DNA of 64,000 nt, taken from assembly GCA_964456625.1 (NCBI GenBank), contig CAYWBO010000003.1, forward strand, positions 8,892-72,891, given 5' to 3'. Under the pieces are notes generated by a model, which worked only from the letters and a program-made list of their open reading frames with translations, searched no databases and was not told the DNA's origin. Made by a program: the position numbers and the translations under genes. The DNA comes from an uncultured Lentimicrobiaceae bacterium (GTDB lineage: Bacteria; Bacteroidota; Bacteroidia; Bacteroidales; F082). Positions 39,994 through 50,233 of the stretch are shown in pieces; positions within the stretch are counted from its first letter, which is position 1; the number at the start of each line of letters is the position of its first letter.

Positions 39994-40869
39994 CTAATTT
40001 CGGATGTCTACTCCCCAAAATAGTTTCTCCCTGATGGTAGAGAAAAAGTTATGTTCAGGCATCCTGACCAGGTTAATTTTAAAATCGCTCTTACCAAGGA
40101 TAATTTCTTCTGTTTTTTTGATTGTAGCGAGTCTGGAATCCATCGTCATCAAATATGTATTTTCCCTTCCTTCAATTTTTAGCTTTATCGAACTCTTGTC
40201 TGAAATAACGATAGGACGCACGGTTAAATTGTGCGAGGCAATAGGCGCGATGACAAAATTCTCGGAGCCCGGTGTAATGATGGGTCCGCCGACACTTAAC
40301 GAGTAAGCTGTGGAACCGGTTGGCGTGGATATGATTAAGCCGTCGCCCCAATAAGTGTTTAAAAACAGATCGTCAACATAGACATGAACAGCCACCAATG
40401 AGGTTTTGTTGTTCCGGTACACGGTGGCGTCGTTCAAGGCAAAGTCTAAATCGCCGAACAGGTTTGCTGGCTTCTTCAGTTGCAGCAATGCACGCTGATC
40501 CAGGATAAAATTCTTTTCGTAGATATGATCGATGGCTTGCCTGAGTTCGAATCTAGAAATGGAAGACAGAAATCCCAACCGCCCCAGGTTAATACCCAGG
40601 ATCGGAGTATTCGAATCGCGAACGTAAGGCACTGCGTCAAGCAAGGTGCCGTCGCCCCCGATAGAAAACAAAAAATCCAAACCCTTAATGTCCTCGCTGG
40701 TGGTGAAAACTTCCGGTTTGGAAGGAAATTCTATCTTCTTGGCAAGTTTCTCAAAGTAAGGCCTGAACACAAAAACCTCAGCTTTGCGATGATGTAACTC
40801 ATCAAACAACTGCTTCAGGTATGGAATATGTGCTTCTTCAAGCTGCTTGCCAAAGACTACAATCTTCAT
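39994..40869 (-). CDS. nadK: NAD kinase
   Basis: 291 aa with the GGDGT motif and the TPTGSTAYSLS motif. A TACATTTG promoter motif (minus strand) lies at 40893-40900. Confidence 0.92.
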   Translation of the reverse strand: MKIVVFGKQLEEAHIPYLKQLFDELHHRKAEVFVFRPYFEKLAKKIEFPSKPEVFTTSEDIKGLDFLFSIGGDGTLLDAVPYVRDSNTPILGINLGRLGFLSSISRFELRQAIDHIYEKNFILDQRALLQLKKPANLFGDLDFALNDATVYRNNKTSLVAVHVYVDDLFLNTYWGDGLIISTPTGSTAYSLSVGGPIITPGSENFVIAPIASHNLTVRPIVISDKSSIKLKIEGRENTYLMTMDSRLATIKKTEEIILGKSDFKINLVRMPEHNFFSTIREKLFWGVDIRN

Positions 40870-41167
40870 GGAAAATGGGCATTGTTTGTAGGCAAATGTA
40901 GTCTAAAAAATCAATAATTTAGTAGCTTTGTTTGGTAAGGGCCACATAATTTATGGTCTTTTAAGTTTCGTTAACGCATATAAACAAATGTTTTATGATA
41001 TCTTGAGCCAAGATACTGAAGGACAACACCGCCGGTTTTTTTAACTTTTTTTTGCTTTTAGACAGAAAATCAACCGGGTTTTTTCAAAAATTGACTTTTT
41101 ATACGTCATAAAAATTTCGGCGAAGCACCTTAATTATGCGCGTTAAGCTTTTGATAAAAATGAATTT

Positions 41168-42652
41168 ATGAAGAAAATAGCCCTTGTTATTTTATCTTGT
41201 TTTCTTGTGGAAATTATGCCTGCCCAGCAGGTTGTTTTAAATGCACCCGTGAAGAAGGCTTATGAAGACATTCTTGCGCTTAAACTGGGCAGTGCCAGCA
41301 GGATACTGACAAGTGAGAAACAAAAAGATCCGCAAAACGTTTTTGTGGATTATCTTGAGAATTACAGCGATTTTATCCGGGTTTTTATCAGTGAGGATTT
41401 TAATTTCTTTCAAAAGGCCGATGACCATTTCTCGGCAAGGTATCAGCGGATTGAAAATCTGCCGGATAACAAACCCTATAAAAACCTGATGCTGGCGAAT
41501 ATGAACCTTCAGTGGGCTTTCGCCCGATTGAAATTCGGACAGTATGTTCGGGGGGCCTGGCAGATCAACAAAGCTTACCGGCTGATAACGGTAAATCAGC
41601 AGCAGTTTCCCGGATTCCTTCCGGATGAAATTACATTAGGAGTGCTTCATGTCATCATCGGACTGGTGCCCTCACAATATCAATGGATGATGAAGATTAT
41701 TTCCATGAAAGGCAGTGTGGAACAGGGAAAAAGAGAAATTTATCATGTGCTGCAAACCAGTAGTCTGGATACGAACTATGCCTATCTGAGAAATGAAGCG
41801 TTGTTTTTTCTCGGATTCATCGAGCTAAACCTGGCACCTAACCAACAGGCGCTGGAGAAATTATCAGCAGAGCTGAACCGTGTCGATACCAGCAACATGA
41901 TGCTGGCTTACCTGAAAGTGGATATTCTGATGCGGCATGGAGAGAATGATGCTGCCCTGAAGATCATATCCCGAATGGGAAACAGACATGATTATTACCG
42001 TTTTTACTATCTGGATTATCTGCACGGAGAATGCCTGCTAAAGAAACTGGATTTAAATGCTGGAGCGTATTACAGAATTTTCCTCAAGAATTTCAAAGGC
42101 GTCAATTACGTGAAAGATGCCTGGCGGAAACTGGCCTGGGTTGATTTTCTGAAAGGGGATACGCTGGGTTATTTTCAAAATATGGATTCGGTATTGGTAA
42201 AGGGAAATCAGGTGGTGGATGCAGATAAACAGGCGTTGCAGGAAGCAAAATCTCACAAACTCCCCAACTGGGCTTTACTACACGTGAGACTGCTGTTTGA
42301 TGGGGGCTATTATCCGCAAGCCGAAAAGATTCTTAATGAAATGCAGGATGCCGGAATGACATCAGAAGAATCACTGGAACGGACGTACCGTTACGGCCGG
42401 ATTGCGGAAAAAGAAGGCCGGGTGCCGGCTGCCAAAAACTGGTACAGGAAAACCCTGCAGCAAGGACAAAATTCTCCGAGATATTTTGCCGCTAATGCAT
42501 CGCTGATGCTGGGCAGAATGTATGAATCGGAAGATAGCCTGTCGCTTGCAAAGAAGTATTACAAAAGATGCCTTACCCTGGATTTTGACGAATACCACAA
42601 TAGTATTTGCGGGGAAGCACGGGAGTCGCTGAACCGCATTCAGCACCAATAG
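41168..42652 (+). CDS. Secreted helical-repeat (TPR-like) protein of unknown function
   Basis: 494 aa with a signal peptide and helical-repeat character. No catalytic motif was recognised. Confidence 0.65.
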   Translation: MKKIALVILSCFLVEIMPAQQVVLNAPVKKAYEDILALKLGSASRILTSEKQKDPQNVFVDYLENYSDFIRVFISEDFNFFQKADDHFSARYQRIENLPDNKPYKNLMLANMNLQWAFARLKFGQYVRGAWQINKAYRLITVNQQQFPGFLPDEITLGVLHVIIGLVPSQYQWMMKIISMKGSVEQGKREIYHVLQTSSLDTNYAYLRNEALFFLGFIELNLAPNQQALEKLSAELNRVDTSNMMLAYLKVDILMRHGENDAALKIISRMGNRHDYYRFYYLDYLHGECLLKKLDLNAGAYYRIFLKNFKGVNYVKDAWRKLAWVDFLKGDTLGYFQNMDSVLVKGNQVVDADKQALQEAKSHKLPNWALLHVRLLFDGGYYPQAEKILNEMQDAGMTSEESLERTYRYGRIAEKEGRVPAAKNWYRKTLQQGQNSPRYFAANASLMLGRMYESEDSLSLAKKYYKRCLTLDFDEYHNSICGEARESLNRIQHQ

Positions 42653-42753
42653 AAAGAGAGGAGCATAAAATGAAAGCCGCTGATCGTAAGTGTTTCCACT
42701 CATGACCTGCGGCTTGTCGAATTATTATGAGAATAGAAGAAATTTTTGTTTTA

Positions 42754-44223
42754 TCAGAACCTGTAACCTACCGTAAACACGTAGGCGTTGTAGTTATATG
42801 TGTTGCTGGCGGGATTTACCGTTACCTGTGAATCTCCGTACATGTAATAATCTTGTTTCTGAACCGAATGTACGTAAGCCAGATCCAGCGAATAGTTGTT
42901 GATGTGAAATCCGATACCGCCCGAAACGGAGTTTCTTGAACCGCTGTTCAGGTTGTTGGCATACGGACTGCCATAATAAGCATATCCGGCACGAAGATCG
43001 GTATTGCCAAAACGCCATTCCGTACCCAAACGGATGTTATTGGCGGCGGTATAATAGCTCTTGATATTGGCATTTTCTGTAGCAAAATTATAGTCCGACG
43101 AATTAAATTTCATGGTTGAATAATCTACCCGCTCATATTCTGCCGAAATGGAGCCGTAGTTGCCGATGATAATCCCAACATCACCCAGGATCTTCATGGG
43201 CGTTGTAAGGGTATAATTGAAATTTCCGACCGGCGACTGGATAGAACTTGGGCTTAACCATCCGAGATCAGCATGGGTATTCGTCTGCCAGGTGTCGTTC
43301 ATGTTCCAGTAATAGGTCGGTGTATGGAATGCCAAACCCAGGCGCAGCCAGCTGGCCGGCTGGACAATAACCCCCAGTTTTAAATTGACGCCGGTTCCGC
43401 TGGTTTCCACTTTCTCATCTACACCCCAGCTGTTGAAATAAGGAATGGTATCGGCAGCGTCGACTTCGGAATAATAAGAGTTGCTCACGTATTTCAGTGA
43501 ATTAAATCCCAGCGTTGCACCGACATACAAAACGTTGTTGTAGTTAGCCGAAACTGTGAAAAACCATTGGTTCACGGCACCCGAAGTGTTTTTTACCAGC
43601 CTCTGGTATGTTCCACCGAAAGGAACCGGGCTGTAATACATATTGGAATATCCCGGGATGGTGTCGATCAGGTAAAGATCCCAAGCGGGTTGGAGATAGT
43701 AAGTATAGTTGTTGTTTGTGTTGTTAGCAATATCATTGTAGTTTATTCCGTTAGCACTGTTTAAGTAGGTGTCCAATCTCGAGTTTAATGCATTAGGTCC
43801 TTGCATGTCGATACTGGAATTAAATCCATTCATCTTGTTCATGCCAAAGGCAAGCTGGACATATTTCCATCCTTGCTGATTGTCATTACCTAACTTTCTG
43901 GCAGAAACAAATCCCAGATTATCAATGCCGACATTTACTTCGTTATCATTCATTCCCACACCATTGTATAAGGAATGTGCGTTATTAAAATTGAAAGCCG
44001 GGGTTATGGAATATTCACTGAACCGGTAAAGTCCCATTCCTGCGGGGTTTGTGCTGGCCACTGAAAGATCAGCTCCCAAAGCCCCAAACGCCCCACCCAT
44101 AGCGATGCTACGTGCTGTTCCCGTGTAAAATACCTGGGAATAAATTAAGGCATCTTCGGCCGACTGAGCATATAAGGAGCCCCATAAGCCCGCTAGGGCT
44201 ACAATTAAAAACAGCTTTTTCAT
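42754..44223 (-). CDS. FadL/OmpP1-like outer-membrane beta-barrel protein
   Basis: 489 aa with a signal peptide. The N-terminal segment GTARSIAMGGAFGALGADLSVASTNPAG parallels the FadL hatch region, and the protein ends in an aromatic residue (YRF). Confidence 0.68.
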   Translation of the reverse strand: MKKLFLIVALAGLWGSLYAQSAEDALIYSQVFYTGTARSIAMGGAFGALGADLSVASTNPAGMGLYRFSEYSITPAFNFNNAHSLYNGVGMNDNEVNVGIDNLGFVSARKLGNDNQQGWKYVQLAFGMNKMNGFNSSIDMQGPNALNSRLDTYLNSANGINYNDIANNTNNNYTYYLQPAWDLYLIDTIPGYSNMYYSPVPFGGTYQRLVKNTSGAVNQWFFTVSANYNNVLYVGATLGFNSLKYVSNSYYSEVDAADTIPYFNSWGVDEKVETSGTGVNLKLGVIVQPASWLRLGLAFHTPTYYWNMNDTWQTNTHADLGWLSPSSIQSPVGNFNYTLTTPMKILGDVGIIIGNYGSISAEYERVDYSTMKFNSSDYNFATENANIKSYYTAANNIRLGTEWRFGNTDLRAGYAYYGSPYANNLNSGSRNSVSGGIGFHINNYSLDLAYVHSVQKQDYYMYGDSQVTVNPASNTYNYNAYVFTVGYRF

Positions 44224-44264
44224 GATGAATAATTTTAATGAAAGAACTTAGATTATAAGGTCGG

Positions 44265-45683
44265 TTATTTCCGGATAGGTCCGCCACCACCACCACCACC
44301 ACGGGTGCCGCCACCGCTGCTGCCACCACTGTTACCCCCGCCCGTCGAAATTCGGACCGGTGGAGTGTAACTCCTGGTAGTATTACTACCGTTGCTCCTG
44401 TTATAGGTTGGCGACGAATTAAATCTCTGACTTGGAGAATAATTCCTCCTGGTCGGAGTAGGCCTGGATGTTCTGATCCAGGAGTTTCTGTACACCGGTC
44501 TTGTGAAATTATTGTACGACCTAGTGTTGGCAGGCCTGTAAATGTTAAAGTGTTGAGGTGCCCTGTATGTATTTACCCTTGTTGCTTTGCCATTGATAAT
44601 GGTCTGAGGCTGTGGTCTGAAATATTCGTTACGGCTTCGTGGTTGTCTGGTATCCAGACTCTGATACTGTTTCGGCTTCTGATAGCGTGGCACGGACATA
44701 TTTGCAGGCTGTTGCCTGTACTGAGGTCTTTGATACTGCGGACGTACCAGACCATTGCCTCCTCTGTAAACGGGTGGTTTCTGAAGCCTGTTTCCATTGG
44801 CTTCTACCGGTACAGACTTGGCATCTTTCAATACTTTCTGATATCTGATAGAACCGGCAGGCCTTGTTGCGGTAGTATTTTCACCCTTAGCAACAGTAGC
44901 TGATGGCCTGATGCCTGAAGGTCTCACATTACCGGCAGTGCTCGACTTTGCCCCGGCCAGATGGAATCCTTCCGGAATCATCGGTAAAGCGGAACCGCTA
45001 ATCCTTGAGCCACGATGTCCGTAATATCTGTAATTTCTTCCAAGATATGATTGTAATCCTCCGTAATAATAGTAAGGATAACCAAAACCGTATCCGTAGT
45101 AAGGACCGTATCCGTAATAAGGATAACCAAATCCATACCCGCCCCCGTATGGATATCCAAAGCCGTACAGCGACCAGCCACCATAATATCCGAACGGATA
45201 GCTATAATACGGATAGTAGGAATAGGGGTAGTTAAAGTCGTACCAGAACGGGTCATAAGAGAAAGTATTATAACCAAAGATCCCTGCATAACCTCCCAGC
45301 GACCAGCTGGAAACTCCCGTGCCAAAATATGGACTGTTGAAACCTAAATTCGTATTGATTTTACTGTACACCACTGAATCGGCATTGTTGGTTTTAATGG
45401 TGTCAGTGCGGAGTGTGTCAATTGTATAGCCTTCTTCTTTGGGATTTATCGAAGATACATTTTGCCCTGATGTGTTTAAAGTTTCCAGTGACCCTGTTTC
45501 ATAGCGTGCCGGAGCAGCAGCAACAGTTGCATTGTTCTGCAGAGCGGCAACATCCTTCGAAGCCCCCTTGGTAGTGGAATAGTAAACATCATCGTAAGGG
45601 ATGTTTTGCATCGTCGTACATCCTGTGGCGAAGAAGAGGCCCACAACTGTAATAGCTAAAAGGAACTGTTTTATTGTCTTCAT
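44265..45683 (-). CDS. Low-complexity Tyr/Gly/Pro/Arg-rich lipoprotein of unknown function
   Basis: 472 aa with a signal peptide and lipobox (FATGC). Residues ~127-222 are almost only Y/G/P/F. The C-terminal half is R/P/Q/N/Y-rich and ends in a Gly run. It is co-directional with, and 41 nt upstream of, the FadL-like gene. Confidence 0.7.
   Translation of the reverse strand: MKTIKQFLLAITVVGLFFATGCTTMQNIPYDDVYYSTTKGASKDVAALQNNATVAAAPARYETGSLETLNTSGQNVSSINPKEEGYTIDTLRTDTIKTNNADSVVYSKINTNLGFNSPYFGTGVSSWSLGGYAGIFGYNTFSYDPFWYDFNYPYSYYPYYSYPFGYYGGWSLYGFGYPYGGGYGFGYPYYGYGPYYGYGFGYPYYYYGGLQSYLGRNYRYYGHRGSRISGSALPMIPEGFHLAGAKSSTAGNVRPSGIRPSATVAKGENTTATRPAGSIRYQKVLKDAKSVPVEANGNRLQKPPVYRGGNGLVRPQYQRPQYRQQPANMSVPRYQKPKQYQSLDTRQPRSRNEYFRPQPQTIINGKATRVNTYRAPQHFNIYRPANTRSYNNFTRPVYRNSWIRTSRPTPTRRNYSPSQRFNSSPTYNRSNGSNTTRSYTPPVRISTGGGNSGGSSGGGTRGGGGGGGPIRK
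44284..44301 (-). repeat. (CCA)6 trinucleotide repeat, read GGT on the coding strand (Gly codons)
   Basis: Six perfect CCA units read directly. They sit in frame at the 3' end of the lipoprotein gene. Confidence 0.9.
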
Positions 45684-45766
45684 GGTTATAATTATTGTGC
45701 GTCTATAAACATTGTTTATTTTTGCCGTTGTTTAATAAGTTGCAAAGACTATACCAAAATTCAAAA

Positions 45767-47236
45767 ATGGCAAAAAAACTTACAAGTAGGAGCGAAAATT
45801 ATTCTCAATGGTACAATGAACTGGTGATGGAAGCCAATCTTGCTGAGAATTCGGCTGTTAGGGGTTGTATGGTGATAAAACCTTATGGCTATGCGCTTTG
45901 GGAAAAAATGCAAAGGGTGTTGGATGACATGTTTAAGGAAACGGGTCATGAGAATGCCTATTTCCCGTTGTTCATACCGAAATCATTTTTTAGTAAAGAA
46001 GCCAGCCATGTAGAAGGCTTTGCCAAGGAATGTGCCGTGGTGACGCATTATCGGTTAAAGACTGATGAGAAAGGCGGTGTTACCGTTGACCCTGAAGCCA
46101 AACTGGAAGAAGAACTGATCGTTCGCCCTACTTCTGAGACCATTATCTGGGATACTTATAAAAACTGGATCCAGTCCTATCGGGATTTGCCGTTGCTTAT
46201 CAACCAGTGGGCCAATGTAGTACGGTGGGAAATGAGAACGCGTCTGTTTTTGAGAACGGCCGAATTTCTTTGGCAGGAGGGGCACACGGCTCATGCTACC
46301 ATGGGGGAAGCAGTTAAAGAAGCGGAGACCATTCTGGGAGTGTACGCCGATTTTGCGGAAAATTATATGGGCGTACCGGTTTTGAAAGGGGTGAAATCAC
46401 CCAACGAACGTTTTGCAGGCGCGGTGGAGACTTACTGTATTGAGGCCTTGATGCAGGACGGAAAGGCACTGCAGGCCGGGACTTCTCATTTCCTGGGGCA
46501 GAATTTTGCCAAAGCTTTTGATGTAAAGTTCCTGAATAAGGAAAATAAACTGGAATATGTCTGGGCTACATCCTGGGGCGTTTCCACCCGTCTGATCGGC
46601 GCTTTGATCATGGCACATTCCGACGATAACGGTTTGGTGCTGCCACCGAAACTGGCCCCGATTCAGGTTGTAATCGTGCCGATCTATAAAAAAGAAGAGG
46701 AACTGACTTCCATATCCGTGCAGGCTGAAAAGATCAGCAAAGCATTGAAAAAGGCAGGCATTTCCGTGAAATATGACGATCGCGATACCTATAAACCGGG
46801 CTTTAAATTTGCCGACTGGGAAATGAAAGGCGTTCCGGTACGGCTTGCCATCGGTCCGAGGGATCTGGCCAACGGAACCGTGGAAGTTGCCCGCCGCGAC
46901 ACGCTGGAAAAAGAGGTGCTGCGTGTTGAAAATATCGCTGAAAAGGTGGAAAACCTGTTGGATCAGATACAAAAGAATATTTATCAGAAGGCACTGGACT
47001 TCAGGGAAGACAATACCTTTAAGGTGGATAGCTGGGAAGACTTCAAAAAACAGATTGAAAAAGGCGGTTTTGTCCTGGCCCATTGGGACGGCACGCCCGA
47101 AACGGAGCAGAAAATAAAAGACGAAACCAAAGCCACCATCCGTCTGATCCCTATGGATCAGGAAAGAAATCCCGGAAAATGTATTTATACCGGGGCCCCG
47201 TCAAAAGGGCGCGTGGTTTTTGCCAAAGCCTATTAA
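45767..47236 (+). CDS. proS: Proline--tRNA ligase (archaeal/eukaryote-like short form)
   Basis: The start is set at [20 protein letters not shown], 43 nt after a TATTTTTG motif (45717-45724). Class II motifs are present and there is no large editing insertion. Confidence 0.92.
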   Translation: MAKKLTSRSENYSQWYNELVMEANLAENSAVRGCMVIKPYGYALWEKMQRVLDDMFKETGHENAYFPLFIPKSFFSKEASHVEGFAKECAVVTHYRLKTDEKGGVTVDPEAKLEEELIVRPTSETIIWDTYKNWIQSYRDLPLLINQWANVVRWEMRTRLFLRTAEFLWQEGHTAHATMGEAVKEAETILGVYADFAENYMGVPVLKGVKSPNERFAGAVETYCIEALMQDGKALQAGTSHFLGQNFAKAFDVKFLNKENKLEYVWATSWGVSTRLIGALIMAHSDDNGLVLPPKLAPIQVVIVPIYKKEEELTSISVQAEKISKALKKAGISVKYDDRDTYKPGFKFADWEMKGVPVRLAIGPRDLANGTVEVARRDTLEKEVLRVENIAEKVENLLDQIQKNIYQKALDFREDNTFKVDSWEDFKKQIEKGGFVLAHWDGTPETEQKIKDETKATIRLIPMDQERNPGKCIYTGAPSKGRVVFAKAY

Positions 47237-47263
47237 AAGAAGAAGTTTTCAATACTGAATAAA

Positions 47264-47297
47264 AGCCATTTGCATTATAAATGCAGGTGGCTTTTTT
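47264..47297 (+). terminator. Rho-independent terminator after proS
   Basis: Stem agccatttgcat/atgcaggtggct followed by T6. Confidence 0.7.
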
Positions 47298-47319
47298 GTT
47301 AAAAGGTCGTGGGTTAAAA

Positions 47320-47346
47320 TAAAAAACCCCACGAAAGATCGCGGGG
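47320..47346 (-). terminator. Terminator downstream of the tRNA (minus strand)
   Basis: The minus-strand RNA reads CCCCGCG-AUCUUU-CGUGGGG followed by a U-run. Confidence 0.55.
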
Positions 47347-47354
47347 TATCATCG

Positions 47355-47428
47355 TGGGCCCACCAGGACTTGAACCTGGGACCACCTGATTATGAGTCAG
47401 GTGCTCTAACCAACTGAGCTATAGGCCC
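47355..47428 (-). tRNA. Elongator-type tRNA with CAT anticodon (tRNA-Met, or tRNA-Ile2 if lysidine-modified)
   Basis: The reverse complement folds as a canonical cloverleaf: GGGCCTA acceptor, GCTC/GAGC D-stem, CCTGA-CTCATAA-TCAGG anticodon arm, CCAGG-TTCAAGT-CCTGG T-arm. No CCA is encoded. Confidence 0.9.
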
Positions 47429-47898
47429 TAAAAATTGATATTCAGTTTGTTATCAATTTTATATTTTAATTAAATTCAAAAATTTGCAAGTGATTTTTCA
47501 AGCAAATCTTTTCTTTTTTCACTCTCTGATGAACGGACGGCAAAATTAACCATTAATTTTAATTCCCATAGGAAAAAACAAAAATATGTATTGCGATAAT
47601 ATTACCTCTGTAAAGTTAATAACTGACGAGTAAAACAGCTAACGTGAGAATAACATTTTACTTTGAAATGAATTAGTGCAGCTGTATATGTAAACGGGAG
47701 TTCTCCCTGTCAAAATACTCTATCTACTTGGAAGGAAGTATTAAGTCCTTCGTTGCGCCATCTCATAATTTCCTGAATTCAAGGACATTTTTCCAGGAAT
47801 ATTTCTAAATTCGTGACATAAAACCCGTTGAAAATGCCCAAATACCATTTTCTGTTTCGGATGATATGTTTTCTCTTATAAAATTCAGGTGCTATAAA

Positions 47899-49854
47899 AT
47901 GGAAAATATTACACATAAACCGAATGGATTTCGAACCTATAACATCAATTATCAGATTATTCTTCTTTACAGGTTCTTATTGCTGATGGCTTTATTCACC
48001 ATTTCGAGGCTTGGTTTTTATTATTTCAGTACCGGGCACTACCCGGATATGACTTTCGAAAGGTTTATGAGAATAATGCAGGGAGGGCTTAAATTTGATG
48101 TTGCGGGGATTCTATATGTAAATGTATTATACATAGTTCTTTATCATCTACCATTTCCTTTCAGAAATGCTAAAATTTATAGACGTTTTTTAAAATGGTG
48201 GTTTTTTATATCGAATGGGATAGCATTAGCAGCCAATGTGTGTGATTTTTTTTACTTTGATTTTATTTTAAAGCGTTCTACGGCAGATGTTTTTATGTTT
48301 GCTAAAGAAGGAAATATATTAACCCTTTTTATTCACTTTATTGTAGATTACTGGCAGGGACTTGTTTTCTGGTTATTACAAATGGCTATTCTTATTTGGG
48401 GCTATGATAAGGTGAAGCTTCTGACAGAAGTTAAGCCGAAAAAATTATCTTTTTATATTTCCGCTGTATTCTGGCTATTAATAAGTGTTTATTTTTCCGT
48501 TATTGGGATTCGTGGAGGTTTTACAGGAACTACCCGACCCATTACGTTGGGTAATGCCGGGGCTTATACGCAAAAACCGCTTGAAATGGCCATCGTTTTA
48601 AATACTCCTTTTAGCATTATTCGCACACTGAATAAAAAGCCTTTAAAAGAGGAACATTATTTCTCGGATGAGGAACTGGAACAAATTTACTCTCCCATTC
48701 ATCCAGCTCATACTTCCGGGGCATTTAAACCACTAAATGTGGTCGTTCTCATCATGGAAAGCTTTGCTAAAGAGTACGTGGGCGCTTATAATCGGAATTT
48801 GGATCATGGTGAATATCGGGGGTATACACCATTTTTGGATTCATTGATTGGTGAAAGCAAGTGTTTTCAATATTCATTTGCCAATGGTCGGAAATCAATT
48901 GATGCATTGCCATCTATTACATCCAGTATTCCTTCAATGGTCAACCCGTACGTAACTTCTGTGTATGCATCAAATAAAATTAACAGTCTGGCCATTACTT
49001 TGAAACAGAAGGGTTACCAAACGGCATTTTTTCATGGGGCACCAAATGGGTCAATGGGCTTTGATGCTTTCATGAAGGTGGCCGGTTATGATAAGTATTA
49101 CGGCATGACGGAATACGGAAACAATGATGATTTTGACGGTTCATGGGGGATTTGGGACGAAGAATTTATGCAATACATGGCGGATGAAATCGGAAAATTT
49201 AAACAACCGTTTCTTGCCACTTTCTTTTCAGTATCCTCTCATCACCCTTTCAAAGTACCCAAAAAATACAAAGGAGTATTTCGGAAAGGAACACTTGAAT
49301 TCCATATTCCCATTCAATATTCTGATTTGGCTCTTAGAAAGTTTTTTGCAAGAGCGTCAAAAGAACCCTGGTTTAAAAATACCCTCTTTGTATTAACGGC
49401 TGATCATTCTAATCATGCGTGGCATCCTGAATATAAAACTTCAATTGGTGATTTTTCAATTCCCATTTTGTTTTATCAACCGGCAGATACTTTGTTAAAA
49501 GGGGTGGACTCAACCAGTGTTGCACAGCAAATAGACATTATGCCAACCATCCTGGATTATTTAAATTATGATAAAGAATATTTTGCTTTTGGTGTAGATT
49601 TACTGGATAGCACTGCAACAAAGTTTGCAGTCAATTATAACAACAGTACGTATCAATTTATTCAGGGAAATTATGTGCTGCAGTTTCTTAATGACAAAAC
49701 CATTGCTGTTTATGATTATGTAAATGATCCGCTACTCAAGACAAACTTAGTTGGAAAAGTTCCTGTCATTCAGGCAAAAACAGAAAAAATGATCAAGGCG
49801 TTTATTCAGCAATATAACAACCGGATGATTCGTAATCAACTGGTCGTAAATTGA
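47899..49854 (+). CDS. LtaS-like sulfatase / phosphoglycerol-transferase-family membrane protein
   Basis: It has an N-terminal polytopic membrane region and a C-terminal alkaline-phosphatase-superfamily (sulfatase) domain. The start is uncertain (47866 or 47899). The gene is AT-rich. Confidence 0.8.
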   Translation: MENITHKPNGFRTYNINYQIILLYRFLLLMALFTISRLGFYYFSTGHYPDMTFERFMRIMQGGLKFDVAGILYVNVLYIVLYHLPFPFRNAKIYRRFLKWWFFISNGIALAANVCDFFYFDFILKRSTADVFMFAKEGNILTLFIHFIVDYWQGLVFWLLQMAILIWGYDKVKLLTEVKPKKLSFYISAVFWLLISVYFSVIGIRGGFTGTTRPITLGNAGAYTQKPLEMAIVLNTPFSIIRTLNKKPLKEEHYFSDEELEQIYSPIHPAHTSGAFKPLNVVVLIMESFAKEYVGAYNRNLDHGEYRGYTPFLDSLIGESKCFQYSFANGRKSIDALPSITSSIPSMVNPYVTSVYASNKINSLAITLKQKGYQTAFFHGAPNGSMGFDAFMKVAGYDKYYGMTEYGNNDDFDGSWGIWDEEFMQYMADEIGKFKQPFLATFFSVSSHHPFKVPKKYKGVFRKGTLEFHIPIQYSDLALRKFFARASKEPWFKNTLFVLTADHSNHAWHPEYKTSIGDFSIPILFYQPADTLLKGVDSTSVAQQIDIMPTILDYLNYDKEYFAFGVDLLDSTATKFAVNYNNSTYQFIQGNYVLQFLNDKTIAVYDYVNDPLLKTNLVGKVPVIQAKTEKMIKAFIQQYNNRMIRNQLVVN

Positions 49855-50233
49855 GAATGAGTTTATAGTGTACCTACCTATCAAGAATGTTAAATGAATA
49901 CTTTGTTATCCTTTAAAAAACCATCGCCTTAGACGGTGGTGATGTAAGTTAAAGCTGAGCTATAAAAATGACTAATTTTGGGACTGTGGTAAAATATAAG
50001 AAGTTCACCCATACAATATAACACTACAACTATCATATGGTTTTTGTATCCAGGTAAAGGTATCGGATATTTGAGGGAACGATATCGGAGTTTGTGGAAA
50101 AGAAGATCGTTCAATTAAATGAATGGCATATGGAGGAGAAACAGCGAGAACAAGAGTGTGATAATTACAAACTCTTTTAGAGTTAACAGTTTTATAAAGA
50201 CCATCCCTGGTGGTGGGAGTTTACTTCACGGTT

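Noticed and set aside
40921-41060. Possible small RNA in the nadK/TPR-gene spacer (TAGCTTTG motif at 40923-30, short hairpins, T-runs)
   Set aside because: The hairpins are short and AT-rich, and the T-runs are not preceded by convincing stems. There is nothing beyond what is expected in an AT-rich intergenic region.
46397-47083. 228-aa minus-strand ORF
   Set aside because: It is antisense to proS, so it is a shadow ORF.
49929-50114. 61-aa minus-strand ORF in the AT-rich spacer after the LtaS-like gene
   Set aside because: It has no start context, promoter motif or recognisable features, and AT-rich spacers give such ORFs by chance only rarely. The region may hold gene remnants, but I cannot support a call.
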